Below, piece by piece: positions 25,431 to 34,143 of a stretch of DNA of 64,000 nt (position 1 is the first letter of the stretch; every line of letters starts with the position of its first letter). A program made the translations under genes and the position numbers. The notes beneath the pieces are model-generated. The model ran no database searches. It was not told the origin of the DNA and saw only the letters and a list, made by a program, of their open reading frames with translations. The stretch is from a virus, in IMG/VR virus record IMGVR_UViG_3300049844_000277, positions 36,520 to 100,519 of that record. One strand, 5' to 3'.

Positions 25431-27488
25431 ATGCCGGAAATTTCCCTCGAACAAATAAACGGAACCGCCGTATTCACTTCGGCGGGTATGCTTCCGGGTC
25501 TAGAACGCGTTCACGCAGGAATGCTGGATGTAGATAAAAAACGCTGGTGGTTTCCAGCGTATCCTCCGTTCGGACTTCTAGCAATTAACGACCTAAAAAA
25601 AATCATAAAAGGAGTCTCGTTCTCGAAAGAAGCGATACAACAAATTGACTTCTTGGAATCCGTCCCAGAGAGATTAACAAAACGTACCCTACCAGAGGGC
25701 TTTCAATTTATCACGCAGCCGTTCGAGCACCAGATTGACGTTCTCACACACGCGCTTCACTATCCGCGCTTCGCCCTCTATCTCGATCCGGGAACCGGTA
25801 AAAGCAAGATAATGGTTGACCTCAAACGCTGCTTCCCGGACGAGCGTATGTTGGTCATCACACCCAAAGTTACTGTAGTCAATTGGGTTAGAGAAGCAGC
25901 TCAACATTCTGGAAATACTCTTAAAGCCGTAGCGCTTCAAGGTACTCCAGAACAAAAAAGAGATATCATTCGAAGGTATAAGGAGTACGATATAATCATA
26001 GCATCTTATGGAACAGCAAGGAACTTGGGATATCCCCGACTGTATCCTGAAACCTTAAAAGCGTTGAAGGCGGCTACGGAAGCAGGAACCCCTCTCACAG
26101 AGAGCGGCCTTGCAACGTTGGTAAGGGGGATTCGTTTTATTTCGGATCCAGGTAGACAATTTGATTTAGCTTTGGCGTGGGCACTCGGTGCTCCAATAGC
26201 ACGAGTATGTGCGTGGGCTGAGGAAGAATCAAAAAAAGAACCACAGTGGTTGAAAGATATTGACTTCAAAATAATAGTAGCGGACGAAAGTCAAAACCTT
26301 AACAATACGTCAGCTGACCAAACAAAAGCCGCACTAGCGTTATCTAAGCAAGCGCCGCGAAGATATTTGATGTCAGGTACTCCAACTCTCGGAGACCCGC
26401 GACATCTCTACGCGCAGATGAAGTTTCTTTCGCCGGCCATCATTCCGGAAAACTGGTTACAGTTTTCAGATATGTTCTTAGTGCGAAGCACCTACAACAA
26501 AAAAATCGTAACAGGGTTCAAGAATATAAATATCCTGAACGAGCGCGTAAACAGAGTAGCAATTCGTAAGACAAAAGAGGAGTGTCTCGATCTTCCTCCG
26601 AGAACAATCATCGACGTTCCGGTGGACTTGTCGAACGAGCAGAAAAAGCTTTACAACAAGATGGTCGAAGAGATGCAGATTGATTTGCAGGATTTCTTCG
26701 ACTCAGAAAGTACTTTAGCTGTACAAAATGCTGCGGTTCTCTTGAACAAGTTGGCACAAGTTACGTCGGGTTTTATCATCGACAGCCAGCGTAAAACTGA
26801 CCTCTGCGACACCTGTATTCACCTAGTAAAGTGCGTCGATTCAAACATCCAGCCATATACAGAACGTTGCCAGGTTGTACAAAAGAGTCCGCCTGGAAGT
26901 GTGAATCTTCTTAAAGAAAACCCAAAGCTAACTATCCTCGACGGACTGCTGGATGAAATCTTAGTGAATGAAACCTCAAAAGTAATTATTTGGGGCCAAT
27001 ATCACGCCGAACTCGATTCAATAGAGGAGCTATTACAAAAGAAGAAAATTACTCTGGTGCGTGGTGGAGAAGGGAATATTCAGAAGAGAATAGATACGTT
27101 CAACCTCGACCCAGACTGTCGCGTATACCTCAGTCACGTAGCAACTGGTGTAGGTATTACTCTGAACTCTGCCGCGTACATGATTTTTTATGCGCTCCCT
27201 TGGTCACTGGGACATTATCTTCAAGCTATCGACCGAAACTTCAGAGCCGGACAGAAGATGAAGACCGTCGTATATAGGTTGATCGCCGCAGATACTGTAG
27301 ATTACTTCAAAGCATTAGCGCTCTCTGAGAAAAAAGATTTGAGCGCTATGTTGACCAATAAGATCGCGTGCGCTACGTGCACTCACGCGCAGAAATGCCT
27401 GCAAAACAATATTGAGGTATTTGAACCTGGCTGCATATATCAACGAAACGTCAAACGTACTATAGCGAAGGCGAGGGTACTCGAATGA
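25431..27488 (+). CDS. SNF2/RAD54-family (SF2) helicase.
   Basis: - Motif I: LYLDPGTGKSKIMV.
- Motif II: IIVADESQNL.
- Motif III: YLMSGTPTLGDP.
- Motifs V/VI in the C-terminal helicase domain: LSHVATGVGITLN, QAIDRNFRAGQK. Confidence 0.85.
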   Translation: MPEISLEQINGTAVFTSAGMLPGLERVHAGMLDVDKKRWWFPAYPPFGLLAINDLKKIIKGVSFSKEAIQQIDFLESVPERLTKRTLPEGFQFITQPFEHQIDVLTHALHYPRFALYLDPGTGKSKIMVDLKRCFPDERMLVITPKVTVVNWVREAAQHSGNTLKAVALQGTPEQKRDIIRRYKEYDIIIASYGTARNLGYPRLYPETLKALKAATEAGTPLTESGLATLVRGIRFISDPGRQFDLALAWALGAPIARVCAWAEEESKKEPQWLKDIDFKIIVADESQNLNNTSADQTKAALALSKQAPRRYLMSGTPTLGDPRHLYAQMKFLSPAIIPENWLQFSDMFLVRSTYNKKIVTGFKNINILNERVNRVAIRKTKEECLDLPPRTIIDVPVDLSNEQKKLYNKMVEEMQIDLQDFFDSESTLAVQNAAVLLNKLAQVTSGFIIDSQRKTDLCDTCIHLVKCVDSNIQPYTERCQVVQKSPPGSVNLLKENPKLTILDGLLDEILVNETSKVIIWGQYHAELDSIEELLQKKKITLVRGGEGNIQKRIDTFNLDPDCRVYLSHVATGVGITLNSAAYMIFYALPWSLGHYLQAIDRNFRAGQKMKTVVYRLIAADTVDYFKALALSEKKDLSAMLTNKIACATCTHAQKCLQNNIEVFEPGCIYQRNVKRTIAKARVLE

Positions 27489-27931
27489 GATTAATCCTAG
27501 AAAAAAACGAAATCGTCGCCATCTTGGGAAAACATTTCGACGTTGAACTAGACCCCGAAAAAGTAATCATCAAAACAGACCCGCTAGAAATCGAAGTAAG
27601 CGGAATTCCCATGACCGACGCACAACCACGAGAAGAAACGAATGTTGTAACGCTAAGGTCTGGACCAGGAACATATTCAGCGGTGAAGAGCTCTGCGGTG
27701 GATCCAACGGACATCGTCAAAAAGCGAGATGACCCCGACGCTACGACGGAACCGCCTACACCAGGAGACGATGACTTGGGCGGTCCGGGACAAGACTTAC
27801 ACCCGGCAGCAGTCCTTGCGGCATCAAAAGCTCTCGAGCGACAACTCGAACAAGAGAATCCCCTCCTTAAGAGACGAGCCGGACGAGGAACCTCTCGCGC
27901 ACCTGAAGGATTTGAAAACGAGATTACGTGA
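27485..27931 (+). CDS. Acidic hypothetical protein (148 aa).
   Basis: ORF overlapping its neighbours by 4 nt, suggesting translational coupling. Confidence 0.5.
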   Translation: MRLILEKNEIVAILGKHFDVELDPEKVIIKTDPLEIEVSGIPMTDAQPREETNVVTLRSGPGTYSAVKSSAVDPTDIVKKRDDPDATTEPPTPGDDDLGGPGQDLHPAAVLAASKALERQLEQENPLLKRRAGRGTSRAPEGFENEIT

Positions 27932-28833
27932 TGACCAAAGGCAACGTTCTGGAACAACCTCACGCGACGGGCCCGAAACCCTCACGTACACAAAAACTGT
28001 TACATCAATTAAACGTTAAGGAAGACTTTCTAGACCTTAAGCTACCCAAAGGTTTTTTCTCAAACTCGCAGTACAACAGCTGGCTAATTTGCGGTCGAGC
28101 ATACGAGTTTAAGTACGTAGAGCAAGTTCCTACGCCTGAGTACGCCTCAACAAGCCGTGGAAACGCTGTGCACGCGGGCGTAGAGCACATGCTTCGAGCG
28201 AAGCTCGCTAGCAAGCACACGACAGTAGAGGAAGGTAGAGAAGTAGTAAGTAAGGTATTCGACGAAAAAGCAAAAGGCGTTGTTGATTGGGGCGAAGAAG
28301 AACCCGGTAAGATTAAAGACGTAGCCATACGACTATTTAACACCTACGCAACATACGGATTACCGAAGGTCAATCCCATAGGGATCGAAGAAGGATTCGC
28401 GAAAAAAGTAGGTGACGTACCGATGGTTGGGTGGGTAGATTTAATCGACGAACAACCCGCCGTAGTAACCGCCAACATGGCGGAAGAGGATGCCGCACTA
28501 GCTCCAACACGCTTAATCACCGCAGACCTAAAAACCGGAAAAGCGAAATGGAGCGAAAAGGAAGTAGCACTTGACCCACAGCTGACTCTGTACTCATACG
28601 TAGTCGGAACACCTTATGTGCGTGTCGACCAACTCATCGACCACAAAAAGGCACCGACATTTCTTCAAGCTAACAGCACAAGAACTCCCCGAGATGCTGA
28701 AATTTTGGTAGAGCACGTCAACGAAGTAGCTGACTTCGTAAGAAAAGGAATCTTCCCAAAAACACACATTGATAATTGGGCATGCGACTCCGGGCATTGT
28801 TCGTTCTGGGATCTGTGTAGAGGAAAAAGATAA
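27928..28833 (+). CDS. Cas4-like / RecB-family PD-(D/E)XK exonuclease with a 4-Cys cluster.
   Basis: - GWVDLID ... ITADLKTGKAK ... QLTLYSYVV (D...D/E-x-K core).
- N-terminal WLICGRAYEF.
- C-terminal CDSGHCSFWDLC, as in Fe-S Cas4 nucleases. Confidence 0.75.
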   Translation: MMTKGNVLEQPHATGPKPSRTQKLLHQLNVKEDFLDLKLPKGFFSNSQYNSWLICGRAYEFKYVEQVPTPEYASTSRGNAVHAGVEHMLRAKLASKHTTVEEGREVVSKVFDEKAKGVVDWGEEEPGKIKDVAIRLFNTYATYGLPKVNPIGIEEGFAKKVGDVPMVGWVDLIDEQPAVVTANMAEEDAALAPTRLITADLKTGKAKWSEKEVALDPQLTLYSYVVGTPYVRVDQLIDHKKAPTFLQANSTRTPRDAEILVEHVNEVADFVRKGIFPKTHIDNWACDSGHCSFWDLCRGKR

Positions 28834-28836
28834 GAG

Positions 28837-29439
28837 ATGTACTGTGCTACATGTAATACTGACTTACCAGAATCCGCGTTCGGAGATAGAGCAGAAACAG
28901 CCTCTGGAAAACGATATTATTGTCGAAAATGCGGAACCAAGAAAAACGTACACTGGCGAAAAAAGAAAGCGGCAGAAGGTTTCTGCTATTCATGCGGTAA
29001 GCGAAAACCTCTTAAAAATAAAACACGGTGTAGGCGTTGCATAGCAATAGCGAAAAAAAGATATCTTGAGAAAACACCTGAAATGCACGCGGAAGCGAAC
29101 CTGAAACAACGAACCAGGTTGGCCGCATTAAAACGGGAAGTTTACGCCGCGTACGGCGGTTATCGCTGCGCCTGTTGTGGTGAAAAACACGAAGAATTCT
29201 TGAGTATTGATCACATAGAAGGAAACGGTAAGCAGCACCGGAAGGAAGTAGGCAGTGGGGGACGCGGTAGTGCGTTGTACAGGTGGCTAAAGAAAAATAA
29301 TTTTCCACCGGGGTTCCAGATTCTGTGCATGAACTGTAACTTTGCGATAGGACACTACGAATCGTGCCCACACAACCCCACGGTAAAAAGAGTAGTTAAA
29401 CGCAGAAGAACCAGGGAACACACATGGCCATCAAGATGA
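28837..29439 (+). CDS. HNH endonuclease.
   Basis: CACCGEKHEEFLSIDHIEGNG ... LCMNCNFAIGHYESCPH (H-N-H with Zn-binding Cys pairs). N-terminal CxxC/CxxC zinc ribbon. Confidence 0.75.
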   Translation: MYCATCNTDLPESAFGDRAETASGKRYYCRKCGTKKNVHWRKKKAAEGFCYSCGKRKPLKNKTRCRRCIAIAKKRYLEKTPEMHAEANLKQRTRLAALKREVYAAYGGYRCACCGEKHEEFLSIDHIEGNGKQHRKEVGSGGRGSALYRWLKKNNFPPGFQILCMNCNFAIGHYESCPHNPTVKRVVKRRRTREHTWPSR

Positions 29440-29789
29440 GCATGAAGTGTACTCGTTGTCACCGCGAAGACATCCTCGAGCTGGAGACGCTCGCGGAAGC
29501 CACTGCTCTGGAGGAGCACCAGAAGCGTAAGGCGGTTGTGCTGAAGAAGCTCAAGGACTTCGTAGGAAGTCTTCCCGCAGAAGACCTCCCGGATTTCTTC
29601 GCGGTCCTAGGGGACAAGGTTCTGATTCACGACTACCTGTGCGACCCACAGGATGACTCAAAGCGCTCCTGCGCTAGTCGCGTAAGTGACTTGCTCGCGG
29701 GTGTGAACGAACTCGGCGAGCGTAAGCCGAGAACGAAGAAGGAAAAGGAAAAGGAAAAGGAAAAGGAAAAGACTCCGCAAGCGGCGTAA
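29424..29789 (+). CDS. Hypothetical protein ending in a (KE)n repeat.
   Basis: ORF. The C-terminus KPRTKKEKEKEKEKEKT is encoded by a (ggaaaa)5 microsatellite at 29741..29770. Confidence 0.45.
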   Translation: MAIKMSMKCTRCHREDILELETLAEATALEEHQKRKAVVLKKLKDFVGSLPAEDLPDFFAVLGDKVLIHDYLCDPQDDSKRSCASRVSDLLAGVNELGERKPRTKKEKEKEKEKEKTPQAA

Positions 29790-29793
29790 GCGT

Positions 29794-30003
29794 ATGAAAG
29801 AGAGGATCCCTGTGCCGGATACTGAAAAATATGGCGTTGAAGAAGTAGAAAACGCGGAAAAGCTGGCGGAGGAAAACCTAAATACGTGTCCTCGATGCCG
29901 GAGTAAACTTCGTCCGCGCGACGTCACAGGGATCCTCTTGTGTTTGAAATGTGGTACCTTACCTTTTGAGGCTACGGACCATGGCACTCCGAAGTCTCGC
30001 TAA
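29794..30003 (+). CDS. Small zinc-ribbon protein.
   Basis: CPRCRSKLRPRDVTGILLCLKCG. Confidence 0.4.
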   Translation: MKERIPVPDTEKYGVEEVENAEKLAEENLNTCPRCRSKLRPRDVTGILLCLKCGTLPFEATDHGTPKSR

Positions 30004-30235
30004 AAATTCGGCTAGAGTTCAGCGAAAACTAGCCGCGCAGCAGCATCTCATCTACAAGCTCAAAGCCATACGAGCTTTATGGGTTACAGCCCATAATACG
30101 CCGCAGGCGATTGAGAAAATGGAACGAGAGTTTCTTTTTCTTGTAGGTGAGATAGTGGAAGGTACCCCTGTAGAAAAACTTGTTATGATCAACATAAACA
30201 AGTCAGCCTTTCTACGGGAATTTAACGACGGATAG
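29951..30235 (+). CDS. Small hypothetical protein. It overlaps the previous ORF and the start is uncertain.
   Basis: ORF only. Confidence 0.3.
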   Translation: MVPYLLRLRTMALRSLAKNSARVQRKLAAQQHLIYKLKAIRALWVTAHNTPQAIEKMEREFLFLVGEIVEGTPVEKLVMININKSAFLREFNDG

Positions 30236-30275
30236 CGTTCCCATTCAGCTAAAACACCGTACATGGAGGAGCCAC

Positions 30276-31250
30276 ATGGCTGCCGCCGAAAAACCTGTAT
30301 TGCCTACGTGGACCAAACCGAACCTCGTGACTATTGAACCAACACCGAGGAACCCTCCGAAGCTCATTGAACTCGCGGTCAAGGATATCCTCACGAAAGC
30401 GGGAGACAATATCCGAACAGGAGAACTTCCCGATATTGAAGAGCTTGCCAAGAGTATCAAAGCCGAAGGATTGCTAGAACCAATCATCGTTACTGCCGCA
30501 GAGACGCCGGGAAAGTACTCGGTGATTGCAGGGCACCGCCGACTGACCGCCGTTCGAAGCTTGGGCGAAGAATCTGTCCCTGCGTTGGTAGTAGATGCGG
30601 ATAGCAATCGACGCATCAAGCTAGCGCTCATCGAAAACATCCAACGAAAGGACATGGCTCCGTTGGATAAAGCGAAGGCGTTCGCGAAGCTCATCAAAAA
30701 TACAGGGCTGGAGCAGCAGCAAGTGGCTCAGGCTATCGGAGTTGCCCCAGGATACGTCTCACAATATTTGACTCTCCTCGCGCTACCGGAATCAGCTATC
30801 TCTGCGCTTCGAGATGAAACGCTTTCATTCACACAAGCGCGAGTTCTTTGCCGACTACTTCCGCACATAAAAGAAATCGACGCCCTAGTACTCGAAGCCT
30901 CCAACCTTACCGCTGCCGCGATGGAGACAAAGGTTGCGCATATCCTTGGGACGCTCAAAGCATCGAAAGCTGAAGCTGAAGCTGAAGCCGATGCTGAAGA
31001 TGATAAGGTAAACCCTGAGGATGCGGACGGACGTCCGAAGAAGAAGAGAGTAGCTAAGACCGTGGTACCCGATAAAGCAGTCGAGTATTACGCCGAAGCG
31101 GACTTCCATCCGCTCAAGAAAGAAGACATTCGGGAACTGATGGTCAGCTACAAGCGAAAAGAAGTAAACGCTGAGAGCGAGAAAAAGAGAGAAGAGTATC
31201 GCCTGATTCTCAAGGGAATCACGTTAGCAGCGGATCTTCGTCTTAAGTGA
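30276..31250 (+). CDS. parB: ParB/Spo0J-like nuclease-domain DNA-binding protein.
   Basis: PIIVTAAETPGKYSVIAGHRRLTAVRSLG (ParB box GxRRxxA). ALIENIQRKDMAPLDKAKAF plus the HTH GLEQQQVAQAIGVAPGYVSQYL. Confidence 0.8.
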   Translation: MAAAEKPVLPTWTKPNLVTIEPTPRNPPKLIELAVKDILTKAGDNIRTGELPDIEELAKSIKAEGLLEPIIVTAAETPGKYSVIAGHRRLTAVRSLGEESVPALVVDADSNRRIKLALIENIQRKDMAPLDKAKAFAKLIKNTGLEQQQVAQAIGVAPGYVSQYLTLLALPESAISALRDETLSFTQARVLCRLLPHIKEIDALVLEASNLTAAAMETKVAHILGTLKASKAEAEAEADAEDDKVNPEDADGRPKKKRVAKTVVPDKAVEYYAEADFHPLKKEDIRELMVSYKRKEVNAESEKKREEYRLILKGITLAADLRLK

Positions 31251-31259
31251 AGAGATTCA

Positions 31260-32093
31260 CTACTCAAGAAAAACATCTTGAGACGTTTCTACTTGATTTG
31301 CCAATAAGTATGTCTTGATTTGCGCGAGAGTGTCCTTCTTAATCTGCCGGACACGTTCAGAAGATAAATCTACTCTTCTGGAAATCTGCCGGAGATTTTT
31401 AGGCTCTTCTCTCGCGCCGTAATACGCCAGGACAATATATTTATCTCGTTCGCGTAGAGATAAGTTATCTAACGCACGACGTAACATAGTAAGGCCGTAC
31501 GTATTCACTAAATCACGTTCTAAGCTCACATCGCAGTGTCCAGCTACGTCAATAGCGCCAACAGCATCCAACGTAACGTGCGGCTGCTCTACATCAACAC
31601 CGCCACCACTCTTACGTTGCGCTCTTAACGCTTTCTGCTTATGGGCAGGGACACGAATAATTCCTTGACTATCTAACTCCTCTAGTATTTTCTCGCGAAC
31701 CCACCACGCAGCGTATGTAAGAAACTTAGTATTGCGTGAGGTATCAAAACGATCCGCCGCGACTAGAAGTCCTACGTTACCGGCGGATATCAGTGACGTC
31801 AATAGTTCGTTGTCGAACTTTGGTCCCTTAGTGCGATAAGCATATTCTTTCGCTACTTTCACAACAAAGCGAAGGGCTCCCGAAATAAGTCGATCACGCG
31901 CTTTAAAGTTTCGCGGAGTATTACACCTAGGACATCGGGTAGCTGAAGATCCCAAGCTATACGAAGACCTGCACGCAGAACAAGTGCGGTAGGCCTTTAC
32001 TAGATCGCGTTCCTCTCGTTGAGGAATGAATTCATTACCACGTAAATCAGCGAAATAAGCCGAGACTACACGGTCATTGTCCATTGGGTTCAT
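31260..32093 (-). CDS. Sigma-70-family RNA polymerase sigma factor with an N-terminal zinc-ribbon insertion. Antisense to the surrounding plus-strand module.
   Basis: - Region 2.1/2.2: ARDRLISGALRFVVKVAKEY.
- Region 2.3/2.4: FLTYAAWWVREKILEEL.
- Region 4.2 HTH: ISRRVDLSSERVRQIKKDTLAQIK.
- Insert: CSACRSSYSLGSSATRCPRCNTP. Confidence 0.8.
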   Translation of the reverse strand: MNPMDNDRVVSAYFADLRGNEFIPQREERDLVKAYRTCSACRSSYSLGSSATRCPRCNTPRNFKARDRLISGALRFVVKVAKEYAYRTKGPKFDNELLTSLISAGNVGLLVAADRFDTSRNTKFLTYAAWWVREKILEELDSQGIIRVPAHKQKALRAQRKSGGGVDVEQPHVTLDAVGAIDVAGHCDVSLERDLVNTYGLTMLRRALDNLSLRERDKYIVLAYYGAREEPKNLRQISRRVDLSSERVRQIKKDTLAQIKTYLLANQVETSQDVFLE

Positions 32094-32206
32094 TTTTAAA
32101 CGATCCTCGTTTTAGTGCTGGAAATAGTCAGAAGCTGGGAGTAAGGTGCCCGAGCAATCAACGCAACGAAACCAACAACTAATCCACAAATCAAGAAAGC
32201 ATAACA

Positions 32207-33250
32207 ATGGCTAAGAACAAAGACGTGACCCCCGCCGCGGAACCGGCCGTAATCGTTAATCCGCCGAACGCGACTTCCGCTATCGTCAAAACTGAAGAAA
32301 GCGGGTCTTCGGAGTTCGCTGCGCGCAAAGCTTTGGCCATGCGACTACCCGAAGCCATTCGACCTCGGGCCATGATGTTGAAGCGTCCTACGCCGAATGA
32401 GCTCATGGAGATTGTCATGAACCTTCCTGAGAATAGCCAGGAAGCGATGATGACTCTGGTGGCCAAGACTAACCCAGAGAAGCAGGGGTTGCACACCTCG
32501 TCTAGCGGCTTCGAGCCAACCGCGTTGAAGGTTTACCACGGTACCGGTAACGACCCCATTAGACCCCGACAAACGCTCCCAGGTCAATTCTACTCCGCGG
32601 ACTCTCGGGTTATCGGTGAGAAGTTCAACGCCGTTCCTCTGGCAATCTATGAGGGACACATCCTATGGCCAGAGAAGACCAAGGATTCCAACGAGAGTAA
32701 AGCACCTATCTGCGTTTCAGTCGACCGTAGGATGGGGAGCAAATACGGAAACTGCGACGCTTGTCCGCTTCACCCAAACCTTCGTCCGTATGCGCAGGGT
32801 GGGTGCATGCGAGAAATAACTGTGTACCTCCTCGACCAAGACATGACGTCCATCTACGAGCTCAAGTTCAGTAAGACGAGCGAGGGTGCCGGTAAGGCGC
32901 TCATGGGTGTCATGAAGAAGTCCAACTTCCTCTGGGAGCGCTGGTTTACCTTCGAGGCGAAGGAGCGAGTCGACAAGGGTAACAAGTGGTACATCATTCA
33001 GTCTAGTCCTGTTGCCGATGCTACAAAGGCAATCACGGATACGAAGTTCCATCCGCTATTCAACGCGCTCTCAAAGGTCATTGACGCGGACATCTACTAC
33101 ACGCAGATGGCGAACATCTATGACCGCGCTCGTAACAGTCCTGACTCGAGTGAATCGGTGGTAAACGCCACCCCGGTCGTAGCGTTCGATGAGAAGGCGT
33201 TTCTGAAGAGCGATACCGACGCCGTCCCGGATTACTCCAAGAACGTCTAA
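32207..33250 (+). CDS. Hypothetical protein (347 aa).
   Basis: Long ORF. Cys cluster CVSVDRRMGSKYGNCDACPLHPNLRPYAQGGC. No family recognised. Confidence 0.55.
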   Translation: MAKNKDVTPAAEPAVIVNPPNATSAIVKTEESGSSEFAARKALAMRLPEAIRPRAMMLKRPTPNELMEIVMNLPENSQEAMMTLVAKTNPEKQGLHTSSSGFEPTALKVYHGTGNDPIRPRQTLPGQFYSADSRVIGEKFNAVPLAIYEGHILWPEKTKDSNESKAPICVSVDRRMGSKYGNCDACPLHPNLRPYAQGGCMREITVYLLDQDMTSIYELKFSKTSEGAGKALMGVMKKSNFLWERWFTFEAKERVDKGNKWYIIQSSPVADATKAITDTKFHPLFNALSKVIDADIYYTQMANIYDRARNSPDSSESVVNATPVVAFDEKAFLKSDTDAVPDYSKNV

Positions 33251-33288
33251 GCAATTATCGTCGTAACTAACAGGAGGGCGGGGCTCAT

Positions 33289-34128
33289 TTGAGCTCCGCT
33301 CTACCTGTCTGTGTCATTACAAAGGACGCGCACATGTCTTTACCCCTGCCCGAGTACGTACTGAAAGGCATGCCGTGGTCCATCTCTAAGGCGGGGGTAG
33401 TATCTAAGTGCTCCCAGCAATACGAATACAAATACGGCCCGCTAAGAAGAACGTACATTGAAGAAACGTCTTCTTCTGAGGAGAGCCGTATCGGAATCGC
33501 AGTACACCAAGCACTAGAGTTCAGCTTAGACAGGATTCCTGTAAAGCAAGCCTTCCAATTCGCCGCCGACAAGAATGAGCTCACGACTAACGAAGTAGAA
33601 AAGATCAAAAGTTTCTACGACCAAGTCACTCGCTTCGTCGCGTTCATCGAACGCTTTAAGGCAAAGTACGGAGTAAAGCCACAAAACGTACTCATCGAAT
33701 ACCGGATGGGGTTATCTCCGGAGTTCAAGCATACGTCATTCAACGATGACAGCGGACTATTCCGGGGCGTAATAGATTTGATGATGATAACCGAACAAGG
33801 TGACGCGGTAATCATCGACCACAAAACCGGAAAACAAAAAGAGATGTCGATGTACGAGGACCAGTGCAAAGCTTACTGCATCCTTGCTTTAGCCCTGCGC
33901 CCTGAACTCAAGGGAGTTCAAACAGCGATCAACTTCGTACAAACCGACCAGGTTAAGTGGAACTCCCGAGTAACCGCGGAAACTATCCGTGAAAAGTACT
34001 ACCCATGGCTCGTCGATTTCCTAACGCAAGCCTGTGCTGCGCTACAGAATCCTCCCCAGCCTAATGAGGGTTGGTGGTGTGGCTGGTGTGGATACAAAGA
34101 TACGTACTGCCCCAAATTCAAAAAATAA
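33289..34128 (+). CDS. Second Cas4-like PD-(D/E)XK nuclease with a Cys cluster.
   Basis: GVIDLMMITEQGDAVIIDHKTGKQK ... YEDQCKAYCILA. N-terminal KCSQQYEY. C-terminal GWWCGWCGYKDTYCPKF. Confidence 0.7.
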   Translation: MSSALPVCVITKDAHMSLPLPEYVLKGMPWSISKAGVVSKCSQQYEYKYGPLRRTYIEETSSSEESRIGIAVHQALEFSLDRIPVKQAFQFAADKNELTTNEVEKIKSFYDQVTRFVAFIERFKAKYGVKPQNVLIEYRMGLSPEFKHTSFNDDSGLFRGVIDLMMITEQGDAVIIDHKTGKQKEMSMYEDQCKAYCILALALRPELKGVQTAINFVQTDQVKWNSRVTAETIREKYYPWLVDFLTQACAALQNPPQPNEGWWCGWCGYKDTYCPKFKK

Positions 34129-34143
34129 CCGCACGAGCTACTC

